From Squalus acanthias (lineage: Eukaryota), in contig CM059430.1 in assembly GCA_030390025.1 (NCBI GenBank), forward strand, positions 62,558,001 to 62,622,000: DNA of 64,000 bases. The letters are read 5' to 3'. Positions 38,703 to 51,246 of the stretch are shown here, one piece after another; the first letter of the stretch is position 1, and each line of letters starts with the position of its first letter. A model generated the notes under the pieces. The model was not told the origin of the DNA. It saw nothing but the letters and a program-made list of their open reading frames with translations, and made no database searches. The translations under genes and the position numbers were made by a program.

Positions 38703-40039
38703 AAACCGGTAAATATATTTTATGTAACTACAGATATTAAATGCACGTATTTACTGGTTTATATAACTGTGTTATGTGATTGAAACAAAGTGATTGATTT
38801 ATATCCCCTGCATTGTGTGAATGAACGTCATTTTATTGGCTATTTAATTTGTTAGTTCAATTAGAAATTTTCAGGAATCAATTGAAGCAATTGCTTCAAG
38901 AACTCTCAGGAATGGCAGCGTGCAACTCTGTGATATTGACATTTAATGCCAGAGGTTACTTTGATCCTGATAGTAAACGTACAAAATATGCTTGGCCAGT
39001 TCCTGCTGGCAGTGGCCAGAGAACACCATGGGCCAGTTTGGAACCAATTCTCAATTTCACTGACACAACACACAGGATAGCAGGCGGGGGAGTGAAAAAA
39101 ATCTATGGGAAGGATTTGTGACTAGGAAACAGGGAGAACTATGCAACCTTCTTCAAAAATAGCTTGGGATCTTTTACTTCTACCTAAATAGGTAGATTGA
39201 TCCTTCAATAGAATTACATAGAATATACAGCACACAAACAGGCCATTCGCCCCAACCAGTCCATGCCGGCGTTTATGCACCACTCAAGCCTCCTCCCACC
39301 TTTCCTCCAAAAACTCTATCAGCATAATGCTCTATTCCCTTCTCCCTCATATGCGTATCGAGCCGCCCTAAAATGCAGCTATACTCAGTTAATATTAAAG
39401 GCGGCAGTTCATTCAAGGCAGAATTCCATCAGTACCATATATTATATTAGTGCACTTTTCCTGTCAACTTTACCATTTCTACTGTAAGTTTTGTCCGCGG
39501 TCCTCGCATTAGAGGCATTGCAGTGCCGGCTCTGGCAGTGGGTGCAATTGCAGGCTAACGGTTCAGCAGAAAATTTTATAGAAATTAATATGGGAATTTA
39601 CAGGACAGAATGTATATGAATTTAAATGGATATAGAGCTAAGTCTGCATGCAATGGTCCAAATATCACCCAGCCTCTAACCCTGCTTCACCTGATGATTA
39701 AACTGCAATTTGATTCGCCTTTACCAGCACTATGGGAGATAGACTGCATTTTAAAAAATTTAATTTAACTTTTAATAAAATGAGTGATGCAGTCTTACAC
39801 AATAAAAGCAGAGCCTTTGACATATGATAATATGAGCTCCAACAGGATTTTAAGCATTTGTGCTGAGGGTTACATCATTTTGTGGAATATTTCAGCACTT
39901 CCTGTTGCTGGTCAGTACTTATCCTACACACAAAACGGACGAGGCCGTGAATTTAAGTTACATTTTCCTTTTGATTTTGCGATGCCTGTTTGGAAGTTTT
40001 CTTCTATTTTAAAGGCGTTATAAAATACAGATTTTTGTT

Positions 40040-43000
40040 GTTGTTGGATCCTATTGATCCTCGGCCCTTGACCTTGTCCAACAGGTACGAGGTACTTGCT
40101 AACTGTATGGATGAGGAAAAGGACAGCATGGAGGATGGGCAAACTGACCTCTGCAGCGTGGTAGAGGGGGCCTACCAATTGGGGGGAGAAGGAAGGAATG
40201 TGGTAGTGGTAGGGGACAGTTTAGTAAGGGGGATAGATACTGTTCTCTGCAGCTGTGAAAGAGAGTCCTGAAGGCTGTGTTGCCTGCCAGGGTTAAGGAT
40301 ATCTCCTCGTGGCTGGAGAAGAACTTGGAGTGGGAGGGGGAGGATCGAGTTTGAGGAGCTAGGGTCTAAATGAATAAGCAGAACCTCAAGGGTAATAATC
40401 TCTGGATTAATACCTGAGCCACGCGCAAATTGGCATAGTATCATGCAGATCAGAAAGTTAAATACATAGCTCAAAGTGTGGTGTGGGAGGAAGGGTGTTG
40501 AATTCATGGGGCAAAGGCTCCAGTACTGGGGAAAGAGGGAGGTGTTCCATAGGGACGGGCACCACATAAACCGGACTGCGATCAGCGTCCGGGTGAGTCG
40601 AATAACTAGGGCTGTAGATAGGTCTTCATACTAAAAAAAGGGGGGGGGGGTGGGTTCAGGTGTGGGGAAATTTTGAAATCTAAAGAGAAAGGTCAAGGCA
40701 ACAGAGCAGTGTAGCGATTTAGGTAAAATAAGCAGAGTGTGACAGGAAGGGACAGACAGTTAACGGTAGCAGTGCATCAGAGAATCAGGTGAAAGCAGGG
40801 AATAATGGTAAAACATTTAAATTAAAGTCTCTTTATCTGAATGCACGAAACATTCGTAACAAGATAGATGAACTAGTGGCAAAAATATCGATAAATTGGT
40901 TTGATCTAATAGCCATTACAGGGATGTGGTTGCAAGGTTACCAAGGTTGGGAACTAAATGTTCCAGTGTACTTGACGTTTCGAAAAGACAGGCAGAATTG
41001 AAAAGGAGGGTGGGGGTGTTAACACTGAGAATAAAGGATGACATAAGGACAGTAGAGTGAAAGGATCTCGGCTCGGAAGATCAGGAAGTAGAATCAGTAT
41101 GGGTGGTGATAAAGAACAACAAGTGGCAGAAAACACTGGTGGCTGTAGAAGGTATACCTTTGGACAGAATATTAATCAAGAATAGTAGGCGCTTGTAACA
41201 AAGGTATGCAATAATCGTGGTGGACTTTAATCTTCACATAGACTGGACAAATCAAATTGGCAAAGGTAGTCTGGAGAACGAGTTCATGGAATGCATTCGG
41301 GACAGCTTCCTAGAACAATACATCATGGAACCATCTAGGGAATAGTTTTTTTCAGACTTTGTAATGTGTAATGAGACAGGCTTAATAAGCAATCTGATAG
41401 TAAAGGATCCTGTGGGGCAGAGTGATCATAATATGATAGAATTTCACATTGTCCCGTATTTTCCGATCGCTGCGGATGCGTACGAGCTGTGTACACACCC
41501 GTAGGGGCTTCACAAGTTCCAGTTTCAGGCAGGTGAAGCAGATGCACTGAAGCCACTTGACAGATCCTCCGCCTGCCCGGGAAAAGGGCCTCTGCGGGCA
41601 GGGAGTTTTGCTTTCTGCACAACCTACGCCCGGTTAATGCAGGTGTAAGGCCTGCTTTTACCAGCATAAGCGTTTAAAAAAGTTAAAACCTGTTTTTTTC
41701 GCAATCAGTTTGAGAGTGAATTGCCTAAGTATGGAACAAGAGCCTTAAACTTAAATGATGCCAATTATGTAGGTATGAGGGGCGAGTTGGCTGAGGTAGA
41801 TTGGAAAAATAGATTAAAAGGTTTGGCAGTAGCTAAGCAGTGGCTATCATTTAAAGAGATATTTCATAATTCTGAACAAAAATACATTCCATTGAGAAAC
41901 ACAAACTCCACGAGAAAAGTGTTCCATCCGTGACTAACTGAAGAAGTTAAGGATAGCATTAGATTGAAAGAAGAAGCTTGAAATTGAAACTTATAAAATT
42001 CTAACAGGACCAGACAGACTCGATGCAGGAAGGATGTTCCCGATGGCGGGTGAGTCCATAACCAGGGGTCACAGTCTAAGGATAAGGGGTAAGCCATTTA
42101 GGACTGAGATGAGGAGGAATTTCTTCACCCAGGGAGTGTAGAAACTGTGGAATTCTCTACCACAGAAGGCAGTTGAGGCCAATTCATTAAATATATTCAA
42201 GAAGTAGTTAGATATATTTCTTAAGGCTAAAGGGATCAAGGGATATGGGGAGAAAGCAGGGACAGGATACTGACGTTGGATGATCAGCCATGATCTCATT
42301 AAATTGCGGTTCAGGCTCGAGCGGCCGAATGCCTACTCCTGCTCCTATCTTCTATGTTTCTATGTTTCTATGTAATGTTCTAAAGAATACTAGTAAGCCT
42401 GAGGATTCGGAGAATTTCAGAAACCAGCATAAGATGAACAAAACATTGATGAAAAGGGAAAACATAGAATATGACAGAAAATTAGCAAGAAATAAGAAAA
42501 CAGACTGTAAGAGCTTCTAAAAGTATGTAAAAAGGAAGAGAGTAGCAAAAGCCGACGTTGGTCCCTTAGAGGCTGAGACAGGAGACATTATTATATAAGG
42601 AAATGGCAGCAACGTTAAACAAATATTTTGTGTCTGTCTTCACAGTAGAATACACAAAAAGCATACCAAATATGGTGGGAAAGCAAGGGTAGAATGAAGG
42701 TGACGAACTTTACATAATTAATATAAATAGAGAAAATGTACTCGTGAAACTAATGGGAGTAAAAGCCGACAAATCCCCTGGACCTGACGGCCTACATCCT
42801 TGGGTTCTAAACGTGTTGGCTGTGAGATAGTGGATGCATTGGTTTTGATCTTCCAACATTCTCTAGATTCTAGAATGGTCCCAGCGGAAGGTAGCTAATG
42901 TAACACCGCTGTTCAAGAAAAGAGGGAGAGAGAAAACAGGAAACTATAGGCCAGTTAGCATGTCATTAGTCGGCTGGAATATGCTGGAATCCATTGTTAA

Positions 43001-44340
43001 GGAAGTGGTATCAAGTCACTTAGAAAATCATAATATGATTAGGCAGAGTCAACATGGATGTATGAAAGGAAAATCGTGTTTCACAAATTCATTAGAGTTT
43101 TTTGAGGATGTAACTAGCAGGGTAGATAAAGGGGAACGAGCGGATGTAGTATATTTGGATTTCCAAAAGGTATTCGGTAAGGTGACACATAAAAGGTTAT
43201 TACACAAGATAAGGGCTCATGGGGTTTGGTGTAATAAAGTAGCATGGATAGAGGACTGGTTAATGGACATAAAGCAGAGAGTAGGGATACACGATTTAAG
43301 CTTGGCAGGCTGTAACTAGCGGGGTGCCTCAAGGATCACAGCTGGGGCCTGAGCCATGTACAATCTATATTAATGACCTAGATGATTAGACTGAGTGTAA
43401 TGTATCCAAGCTTGCTGATGATCCAAAGCTAGGTTGGACAGTAAGCTGTGTGGAGAACACAAACAGTACGCAAAGTGATATAGGTAGACTAAGTGAGTGG
43501 GCAGCAAGGTGGCAGATGGAGTATAATGTAGGGAAATGTGAGGTTATTCACTTTGGTAGGAAGAATAGAAAAACATAATATTTTTTAACATGAGAAACAT
43601 TTAAATGTTGGTTTTCAGAGAGATTTGTGTGACCTCGTTCAAAAAATACAGAAAGCTAGCATGCAGGTACAGCAAGCAATAAGGAAGGCAAATGGCCTGT
43701 TGGCCTTTATTGCAAGTGGGTTGGTGTAGATGAGTAAGAATGTCTTGCTACAATTGTATCGGGCCTCGGTGAGACCACACCTGCAGTATTGTGCACAGTT
43801 TTGTTTCTTTATCTAAGGAAGGATATACTTGCCTTGGAGGCAGTTCAACGAAGGTTCACTGGATTGATTCCTGGGATGAGAGGGCTGTCCTATGATGAGA
43901 GATTGTGTAGAATGGGACTATACTCTTTGGAGTTTAGAAGAATGAAAGGTGATCTCATTGAAACATACAGATTGTGAAGGGGATAGACAGGGTAGATGCT
44001 GAGAGGTGGTTTCCCCTGGCACGAGTGTCTAGAACTAGGGGGCATAGTCTCAGGACAAGAGGTAGGCCACTTAAGACCGAGATTTCTTCACTCAAAGGGT
44101 TGTGAATCTTTGGAATTCTCTGCCCCAGAGGACTGTGGATGCTGAGTCTTTGATCATATTTAAGGCTGAGATAGATAGATTATTGGACTCCATGTGAATC
44201 AAGTGATCTGGAGATCGGACGGGAAAGTGGAGTTGAGAACAATAATCAACCATGATCTTGTTGAATGGTGGAGCAGGCTCGAGGGACCGTATGGCCTACT
44301 CCTGCTCCTATTTCTGATGTTCTTGTGTTCTTATGTTCTG
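40040..44340 (+). mobile_element. Copy-B of the degenerate CR1 with the same nested MITE and CR1 fragment
   Basis: Colinear with 13540-17875. Confidence 0.85.
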
Positions 44341-45552
44341 GTTTCGATTGGAAACATTCGGTACTCTCCACACTTGATCACAAACATCAGATAAACTGAA
44401 GGGTGAGTGATTATATAAATCAATCAAAAATTGTTGGTATTAATTTGTGGCGTACTGTACTACGCACGAAGCCTTACCTACACTTTCTAAGTGCGGCGTC
44501 CGTGGACAGCTGCAATGTGAGAACGCTTTAGGAGACCCTTCAAATAACGGCGAAGATTCCCATGCACTCGAATGAGAAGAATATTACCCTTTACTTTACG
44601 GAGCATATTTTTGGCCATTGAGCTCTTGACCTGGAAGCTCACTAGACGCCCTTTTTAAAAATCTAGCGAATATATCCGCTATCAAACCAATTTGCACAGT
44701 TTCATCGTGGCTACCAACATTTTCCTCCAAACATTTTATGCAGGACGCGCTGATAGCAGGAAATTGCAATTGCAAAGAAGCCCTGACCTCAAACACACAT
44801 CGGCAACTCTCTGAAGGAATCATCAAAGCTCTATTTCCTAAATATTCAATAAGGTTATTTTAAGGTGAAAATAAACGCCATCGTTATCATTGACGGTTCT
44901 GATTCAGTTCACTGTGTTCGGAATAGCATCAGGTCTCCCGAGATACAACCCATCACAATGAATGCGATCTCCCCAGTATCACGTGAAATGTGCAGCAATG
45001 CTTGGAATTATAGTAGAACATTCTCTATACACAACTGCTGTGTTAATCAGTCATTTTCTCACCTTCAGTATTTATCATAAAATATTGCTACTGTTATTTA
45101 AGAACTAATTATTAACAATTTATAAATGTTCCCAGTTTGTCCCGCTTTGACGTCTGTAGTCTATTGTGTGACGTTAACAGCAGCGTACAGCCTAAAGGAA
45201 GTGTAAGAGTATTTGCCTCACGAGATTCACTACAAGGAATGTGCACATTCGACATCTTCATTTGGGAGAAACCAACACTGGCTCAGCGATCGGTGGTAAA
45301 TTCTGTATTTGGAATTTTGATATTTTTCTTTCCAAAGCCATTGTTGACCGTGACACAGCTGATCCCAATGGCTGCTTAAGAGCAGAACGGTCATCAAATT
45401 TCACTTCACAAACGAAACCCATTTTTAACCCACAGACACAGGATGTCAAACGTCATTACGAAGCATTTCGGTTTAAATAATCAGCAAACCCTTCTTTCAG
45501 TGTCAAACACACGGTCTGTGCCGTCAGTGATCAGTTGAATCTTTTGCTCGGA

Positions 45553-45613
45553 ATGTTGTCGACTGTGATATTCCTTTTCCTGTTGCTGTCTCTCCCGGGG
45601 ATCATTTACACAG
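45553..45613 (+). CDS. Gene 2 exon 1, signal peptide MLSTVIFLFLLLSLPGIIYT
   Basis: ATG 45553, donor CAG|GTACC; 61 nt like gene 1. Confidence 0.82.
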
Positions 45614-48600
45614 GTACCTGTTTATTCTCAAATCGATCTGTCTTAATTAAAAACATACCTGAAATAGTTACCACACAAATTGAATGAAATATAATTAGTC
45701 GGTCTGTATTCTTCTAACGCTTTTTCATTTCCATGTAGAAATGCATTTTAAAGTGTTTGGTTCCGCATAGAATACAATTAAGCAAACTTTGAATATATTT
45801 TCTAACAGCTGCTGCGGACTCTTCGATCAGCGTGTCTCAAACTCCCAGAAAAGTAATGATATTAAGGGGGACAAACATCACCTTCCAGTGCTTAGTCCCC
45901 GAGTCCCTTCGCAATTCAGGGATAGAAGTGCGTTGGAGGAAAGAGGTTGAGAATGAATATCTGCAAAGACGAGCCGATAGCAGAAAAAGATTTACTCTGA
46001 AAGATAATGCAGTCGGTTTATTTGAGTTACTGAACGCGACTATCCGGGACTCTGGAATGTATCACTGCGCAGTGATCCGTCAGGGAAGAATTATTGGAAA
46101 AGGAACAGGATCACATCTAACTGTGAGCGGTAAGTGACGGGAGAGAGCGGGAATTTCCAAATGTATCAAATGTAACAAGGATGATGTTTTGTCATTGTTT
46201 TATTGCACCGTCTTTGATATTATAAAACATGATATTAATACATTTACAGTGAAACTCTGCACACAACTACTAATTATACGGCATAATATGACGCTTCATT
46301 TGCTGAGTTGTGTAAAATTCCAGCAATATTAACCAGATTAAGTAACATGTTACTCGATTCATCTCAAAACGTAATTTTTACATCAGACTTCTGAAGATGG
46401 AAGTTGCGGAACAAATTCCAAATATATTGATGACTGGCTGAAAATCTTTTCTATTAATGCACCGCTCCCGCCATAAACACGGCTCTCTTGGGGAGTCAGA
46501 CAGACAGACCCAGAGTTAAAAACAAACAGAGAGCGACTGAGGATACCATTGTTCTTCCATATCTTATGTTTAATATCGCCCCAGTAACCTGATTTTCTCC
46601 ATTCTCTGTTCCACAGCTGCCCCAACTCCATTGAAGATTTCCCCCAGGACACCCGAAAGCATTTCATCTGCGTTTCTGACTCTTGTGTGTGACACGGCTG
46701 AGTTTTACCCGGGCGATTTAACCCTCGTTTGGTATAAAAATGGCGTCGAAACCGCAACTGGGATAAATGACACTAAACGGCAGAACACTGAGGGACTGTA
46801 TGAAGTTTCCAGCCCTTTTGAAGAGACGCAGTCTGTGCCTAATGGGGATGTTTACATCTGTTTGGTAGCTCATGTCTCCCTCCGGACTCCCGCCATTGCC
46901 AGCTACACAGTTACCAATTGCGACCCATGTACGAATGGAACAGGTGAGGTCAGCTGCAGTTATATACTGAAAAGTGTACTTCATATAGTTTATTCATATT
47001 GATAATCATAAAGATTGTTTAAAAATAAACTCCCAGGAAATATCAAAGCAAAGAGAAAATTAATGTTTCAATGTTAAATCTTGTTGACACTTAACCATAG
47101 TATAGCCGAATGATTATTATCGTCCTCCACACAGCTCTCTGTTAAACCGCATCAGCTTCCAATTGTTAAAACAAAAATGATCAGGCGATGTACCTCTTTT
47201 ATACAATTATTTTCATTTCTTGCTGATTACTCAAAACTCATTTGTTTCCCTTTATCTGGTTCCTTACAACCAGGACCAAGAGCGGCACTCGTTTTTCTGG
47301 TTTCGAGCGTCTCCTAGTGGGGCTCCTGAGCCCGGCCTCTGATGGGCGATTCACTGTGAGGGGTTTTACACTGTCAATTACTCCCAAACACAAGCTCATG
47401 TCCTGTGTTCCCAGGTCTCACATTTCAGTTACGCAATTGCCTTATACCCCCGCCCCCCCCGCCCCCCCGCCCCCCAGTGCTGGATAAGCCGAGCAACCAA
47501 GAACACACGCTAAAATCCCATCAAGTTTCCAAATCCCAACACTCCCACACAAGACAACATGATTAATGTTAGGTCGTACCTTCTTCCATTCTGTTCAAGA
47601 CTACCTTCCCCTCCAACTTTCGTCCTGGCCACAGCTCTGCCTACACCCCTTCCAGCCAGACAGTCTCCCCATCCCTTTTTCTGTCTCAAATCTCTATCTT
47701 GCATCACCTCTCCAAAAGCCTCTTTCACCTAGTACATGTTGCCTTCCATCTTCCCACATCTCTAAGTACTTAAACAATGGGAAGAGATAGATTTAGAATA
47801 TATTAAAAATGGAACTTGTGTGGGAGCCAATACACAACATTTGGAACTGCATAAGGAGAGAAATAATAGAGATTTAATTCATTAGAAGGGAAACAGACAA
47901 AATGCAAAACATTGCTGTATAGACATTTACATAGACCGTTACAGACAGCAGAATGAATAAAGTGTAAGACAAACATACAAATAGAAAGATTAAGAAAAAA
48001 GAGGTGTAAGACAAAGATAGAGAGGATGGCACAAAAGTAATTCGCAAGTGGGAAAGGAGCAAAGATACAATTTCAAGAAGAGCAACACCACAGGAGACTG
48101 ATGATATTATAACCCCCGGAGTCACCTACTTGTTATTGAATAGCCTATGCTCAAATGTACTGTACCGTTGGAAATCCATATATAATGCTTATTTCTCATG
48201 GCTTTGCGCATGGCGAGTAAGAGGTTGTCCTGCTGCGTAGGAAGGAGTGTGGTTTTCCTGGGGATGTAAGTCGGAGCCGTGGACACCTGAATCGAAAGAA
48301 TTTGGAAATCTTTTCATAAGGGAGTGAAATTAAGGAAGTCTTTTTGAATGGTTGCTGGAGAACACGGACAACTCATGGGAATATAAACGAACACATAAAA
48401 TCCATGTTTGAATGATTAGAGGAACCCAATGTGTTGTAAAACCGGGTATATCGTCTGCCTTACAAACATTCTCAGTAAAACATTATTAAGCCTTCAAGTT
48501 CCTGTATTTGATACATAACACAGGTTCATCTTTGTTATCCGATTATATTTCATATTTTGCTGATTGTTACTCTTTGTTTTGTTTCCATGTTAAAATGTTT

Positions 48601-49987
48601 ATTCCTTACCATTATCTGGTTTTGCTTCACCTGGACGATTACCAGGAGCTACGATCAAGTTGTCTGCTCTTTGGTTTCTCCCAATGCAGTTCCCGATCCT
48701 GATCCGCTTTTTGCCGATTCTGAATGAAGAGTTCTGAAATTAACACTTTGGCCTACTTCTAATCTTGGCGCAGCGGTCTGAAGTGGGATCTGTCTCATAT
48801 ATTTAATTTAAACTGTTCTTACTGTCTGACTGCTTTTCAGCCGGTTACATCATTTTTTAAGAACTGCTAACCTGGGCAGACAATAATTAATAAACCATCT
48901 CCTTCACTATTCAGTGACATTCTTACTTCAATAAAGTATAGACGTGTGAACTGATGTTTTAACCGATTTCTGCAATTCGGCATTTTGTAGAGGGAATGGC
49001 GAAACAATTGTCACCGAATTGCCTGGGATTACATCAGACAGTAAGTAAAGAACATAAGAAAAGTTTACGATAAGAACAAGCCATTCGTTCCAGGGAAACA
49101 TTCCGCTCGTATATTACCTCTCCTACACCAATCTCTCTTCGCAGTTAATGCCATAATTGTCTCATCCATTAGATGCATAAGTCTCTCCCAATATTACATC
49201 TAAAAACGAATAACAGTTTTTTAATTAAAACATCCTTATTGCTGTTGGATACTACGGAGTTACTAAAAACATCAATAGTTCAACCAATGAACTCTGCTGT
49301 GGCCTCGTTTACGAAACACTCGCCACTATGTACAACTTAATATATTTGCTCCTATTATTCTTGCAGATAGCGTCGGTATGTCCCCTTACTACTCGGGTTT
49401 TAGATATGCGGTGGATGGATTAGCGTTCCTGCTCCTCCTGATCATCATTGGGATGCACTGCCAGTTGCAGATTAATAAAGGTAAGATCTATTGTAAGCAT
49501 TTGATTTTCATACAATACTTCAGCGAGCTCCGGGGGACGGGGGAGTGAGTGTTTCCGAGTAGCGCAGAGGAAGGAGAACTAAATTATGACTTAAAGTTGA
49601 AGGCAGGCTGCTATCTGATTCCAAACAGCAACAGATTCAGCTCTTTAAAACGCAGAAATACTCGCAGAATTTAAATTAAAAGGATCTGATTATCTGGATA
49701 TTTGCAACAGAAATTTCCACTTCGCAGCATGATGAATGGAACGTATTTTGAATAGGTGTGAGACTCCAGCCCGGAATGGTTTTACAGCATTCCTGGTCGC
49801 TGCAGTGAGATTTCAAACACTGACAGCACAATCTGAATCTGAAAACCATGTTCGGCATTATAGCGACTCCAGAAAGGTCTTTGCAAGCATTGATATGCAA
49901 ATTCAGTAAATATTTCAATCATGCATTATGATTAAATTGCATTGCTTCACAGGGAAAAATTGCCGTAAAGGGCCCGAACTGGCGTGA
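45553..49987 (+). CDS. Gene 2: paralogous VJ-C1-TM receptor with TM Arg/Asp and short tyrosine-free tail (predicted activating); exons 45553-45613, 45809-46129, 46617-46943 (or 46928), 49367-49480, 49953-49987; ~285 aa
   Basis: Intact GT..AG phase-1 junctions, open frame to TGA 49985-49987; each exon homologous to gene 1. Confidence 0.8.
45809..46129 (+). CDS. Gene 2 exon 2, V(J) domain
   Basis: ITFQC..W..DSGMYHC..GKGTGSHLTV; 321 nt, canonical splice sites. Confidence 0.9.
46617..46943 (+). CDS. Gene 2 exon 3, C1-set domain
   Basis: LTLVC..FYP..W.KNG..YICLVAHVSL; the orthologous donor at 46929 is weak (T|GTACG), while a strong in-frame donor CAG|GTGAGG lies at 46944. Confidence 0.85.
49367..49480 (+). 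CDS. Gene 2 exon 4, transmembrane with Arg and Asp (SGFRYAVDGLAFLLLLIIIGMHC)
   Basis: Acceptor ttcttgcag, donor AAG|GTAAGA, 114 nt like gene 1. Confidence 0.82.
49953..49987 (+). CDS. Gene 2 exon 5, truncated tail GKNCRKGPELA*
   Basis: Acceptor ttgcttcacag; 2 nt shorter than the gene 1 exon (frameshift), TGA stop, donor GT changed to AT. Confidence 0.7.
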
Positions 49988-50639
49988 GGAGCTGATACAT
50001 TTAATCATTCATCCCGCAATAAGTTCAAATATGAAGAAAGATTGATATCATAATCACGTCAGAGTAGTTTGTCTATTTCCTAAAAGTATTTGTTCCGCTT
50101 AATGGGTCATTCAAATCGTATTCAGCAAAATATTTGATGCCGTCGGGAAAGGATTTCACTCAGCGGGCGAAATTGGTTTTCGGAAAAAAATGCGAGCGGG
50201 GTGTAAAACCGGATGCCGAATCGCTATCGCCTGTTTCGCGCTACCGCCGAAGAACAATTTCAGCCGCGCCCCCGGTGCGTTGCTGGTTTAAGTGATTATC
50301 TAGCAGAGAAGAAAACGGTCAGCTTCGTTGAAAATGTACCTAATTAATAACTGTTTATAGATTCAATATTATTTGTAATTGGGCAACTCAGTATTCTGGT
50401 ACTTACGCTCATTTAAACATTTCTGTAACATTGTATTGTAAAACGAATATTGATAGGTTTAATTATTAGTTATAACGACCACAGTACTCACCGGTCTTAA
50501 CATTCGCACTTGTATCACTGCATTAATTGTGCTTCCTTCCCTTTCTATCTAGCCTATGTTGTTCTGTTCAATGTTTAACCAGCAGTCTGTAAACTGGTGA
50601 AGGTAATGAACTAGCCACGTTAGAAAATATTTAATTATT

Positions 50640-51050
50640 TCTGGCCCATGCGGGTAGAAAAGACTTAGATTCTTGATATACTGCAGTAGGTTTGAGCAGA
50701 ATTAAGTTAACTGCAAGATGTAACCTTGAAGAGGAGAGGACTGTGTTCCATCAGCCGGGGCTGGGTAGCGGATCAGAAAGACACAGATCACCAGTGCAGC
50801 ACCAATATTCATGCGATAACTGAGACTACAAGGTTGGGTGACTCGGGTCGTGCAGTGTACCTCAAGTTGTCTGTGTGTTATTCTGATGATTGTTTTCGGC
50901 AGCAGTCCACAAAATTGGCAAAACGAACAAATTACAATATTTCCAAACACGGGTTGACAGATAAAACAAGGCACCGAAGCGACTCTAGATTTGACCGGGT
51001 CGAAAAATCGGAGAATTACAAAAAAAAACAGGGTAACATATTCTAGTGTT
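50640..51050 (+). pseudogene. Decayed homologues of the ITIM-encoding exons 6-7 downstream of gene 2
   Basis: Alignable to 31981-32400 (ctggcccatgcggg vs ctgacccatgcagg; acaatatttccaaaca shared); acceptor AG>GG, donor GT>CC, tyrosine motifs eroded. Confidence 0.7.
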
Positions 51051-51240
51051 ATGTAATTGAATGTGGGTGTAATAGTTTGTTATTGTCTTAAATATTTGAG
51101 GAATTTTCATTTAATTATTTGTAAGAAAATGATCTTGCCTTGCACATTTTTGATCAATCTATAGTATTTCACAGATGACAAATACCTGCAATGATACACT
51201 ATTTGTTTTGCTGCATCTAATTATTATCATACATAAAGTG

Positions 51241-51246
51241 AATAAA
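51241..51246 (+). terminator. Putative polyadenylation signal of gene 2
   Basis: AATAAA in a context homologous to gene 1 poly(A) site (attatcatacat...aataaaaatag). Confidence 0.5.

Larger units (their letters stand above)
33607..46930 (+). repeat. Segmental duplication copy B (lacks ~6.8 kb present in copy A)
   Basis: Offset ~33.25 kb up to ~38215, then ~26.5 kb. Confidence 0.92.
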
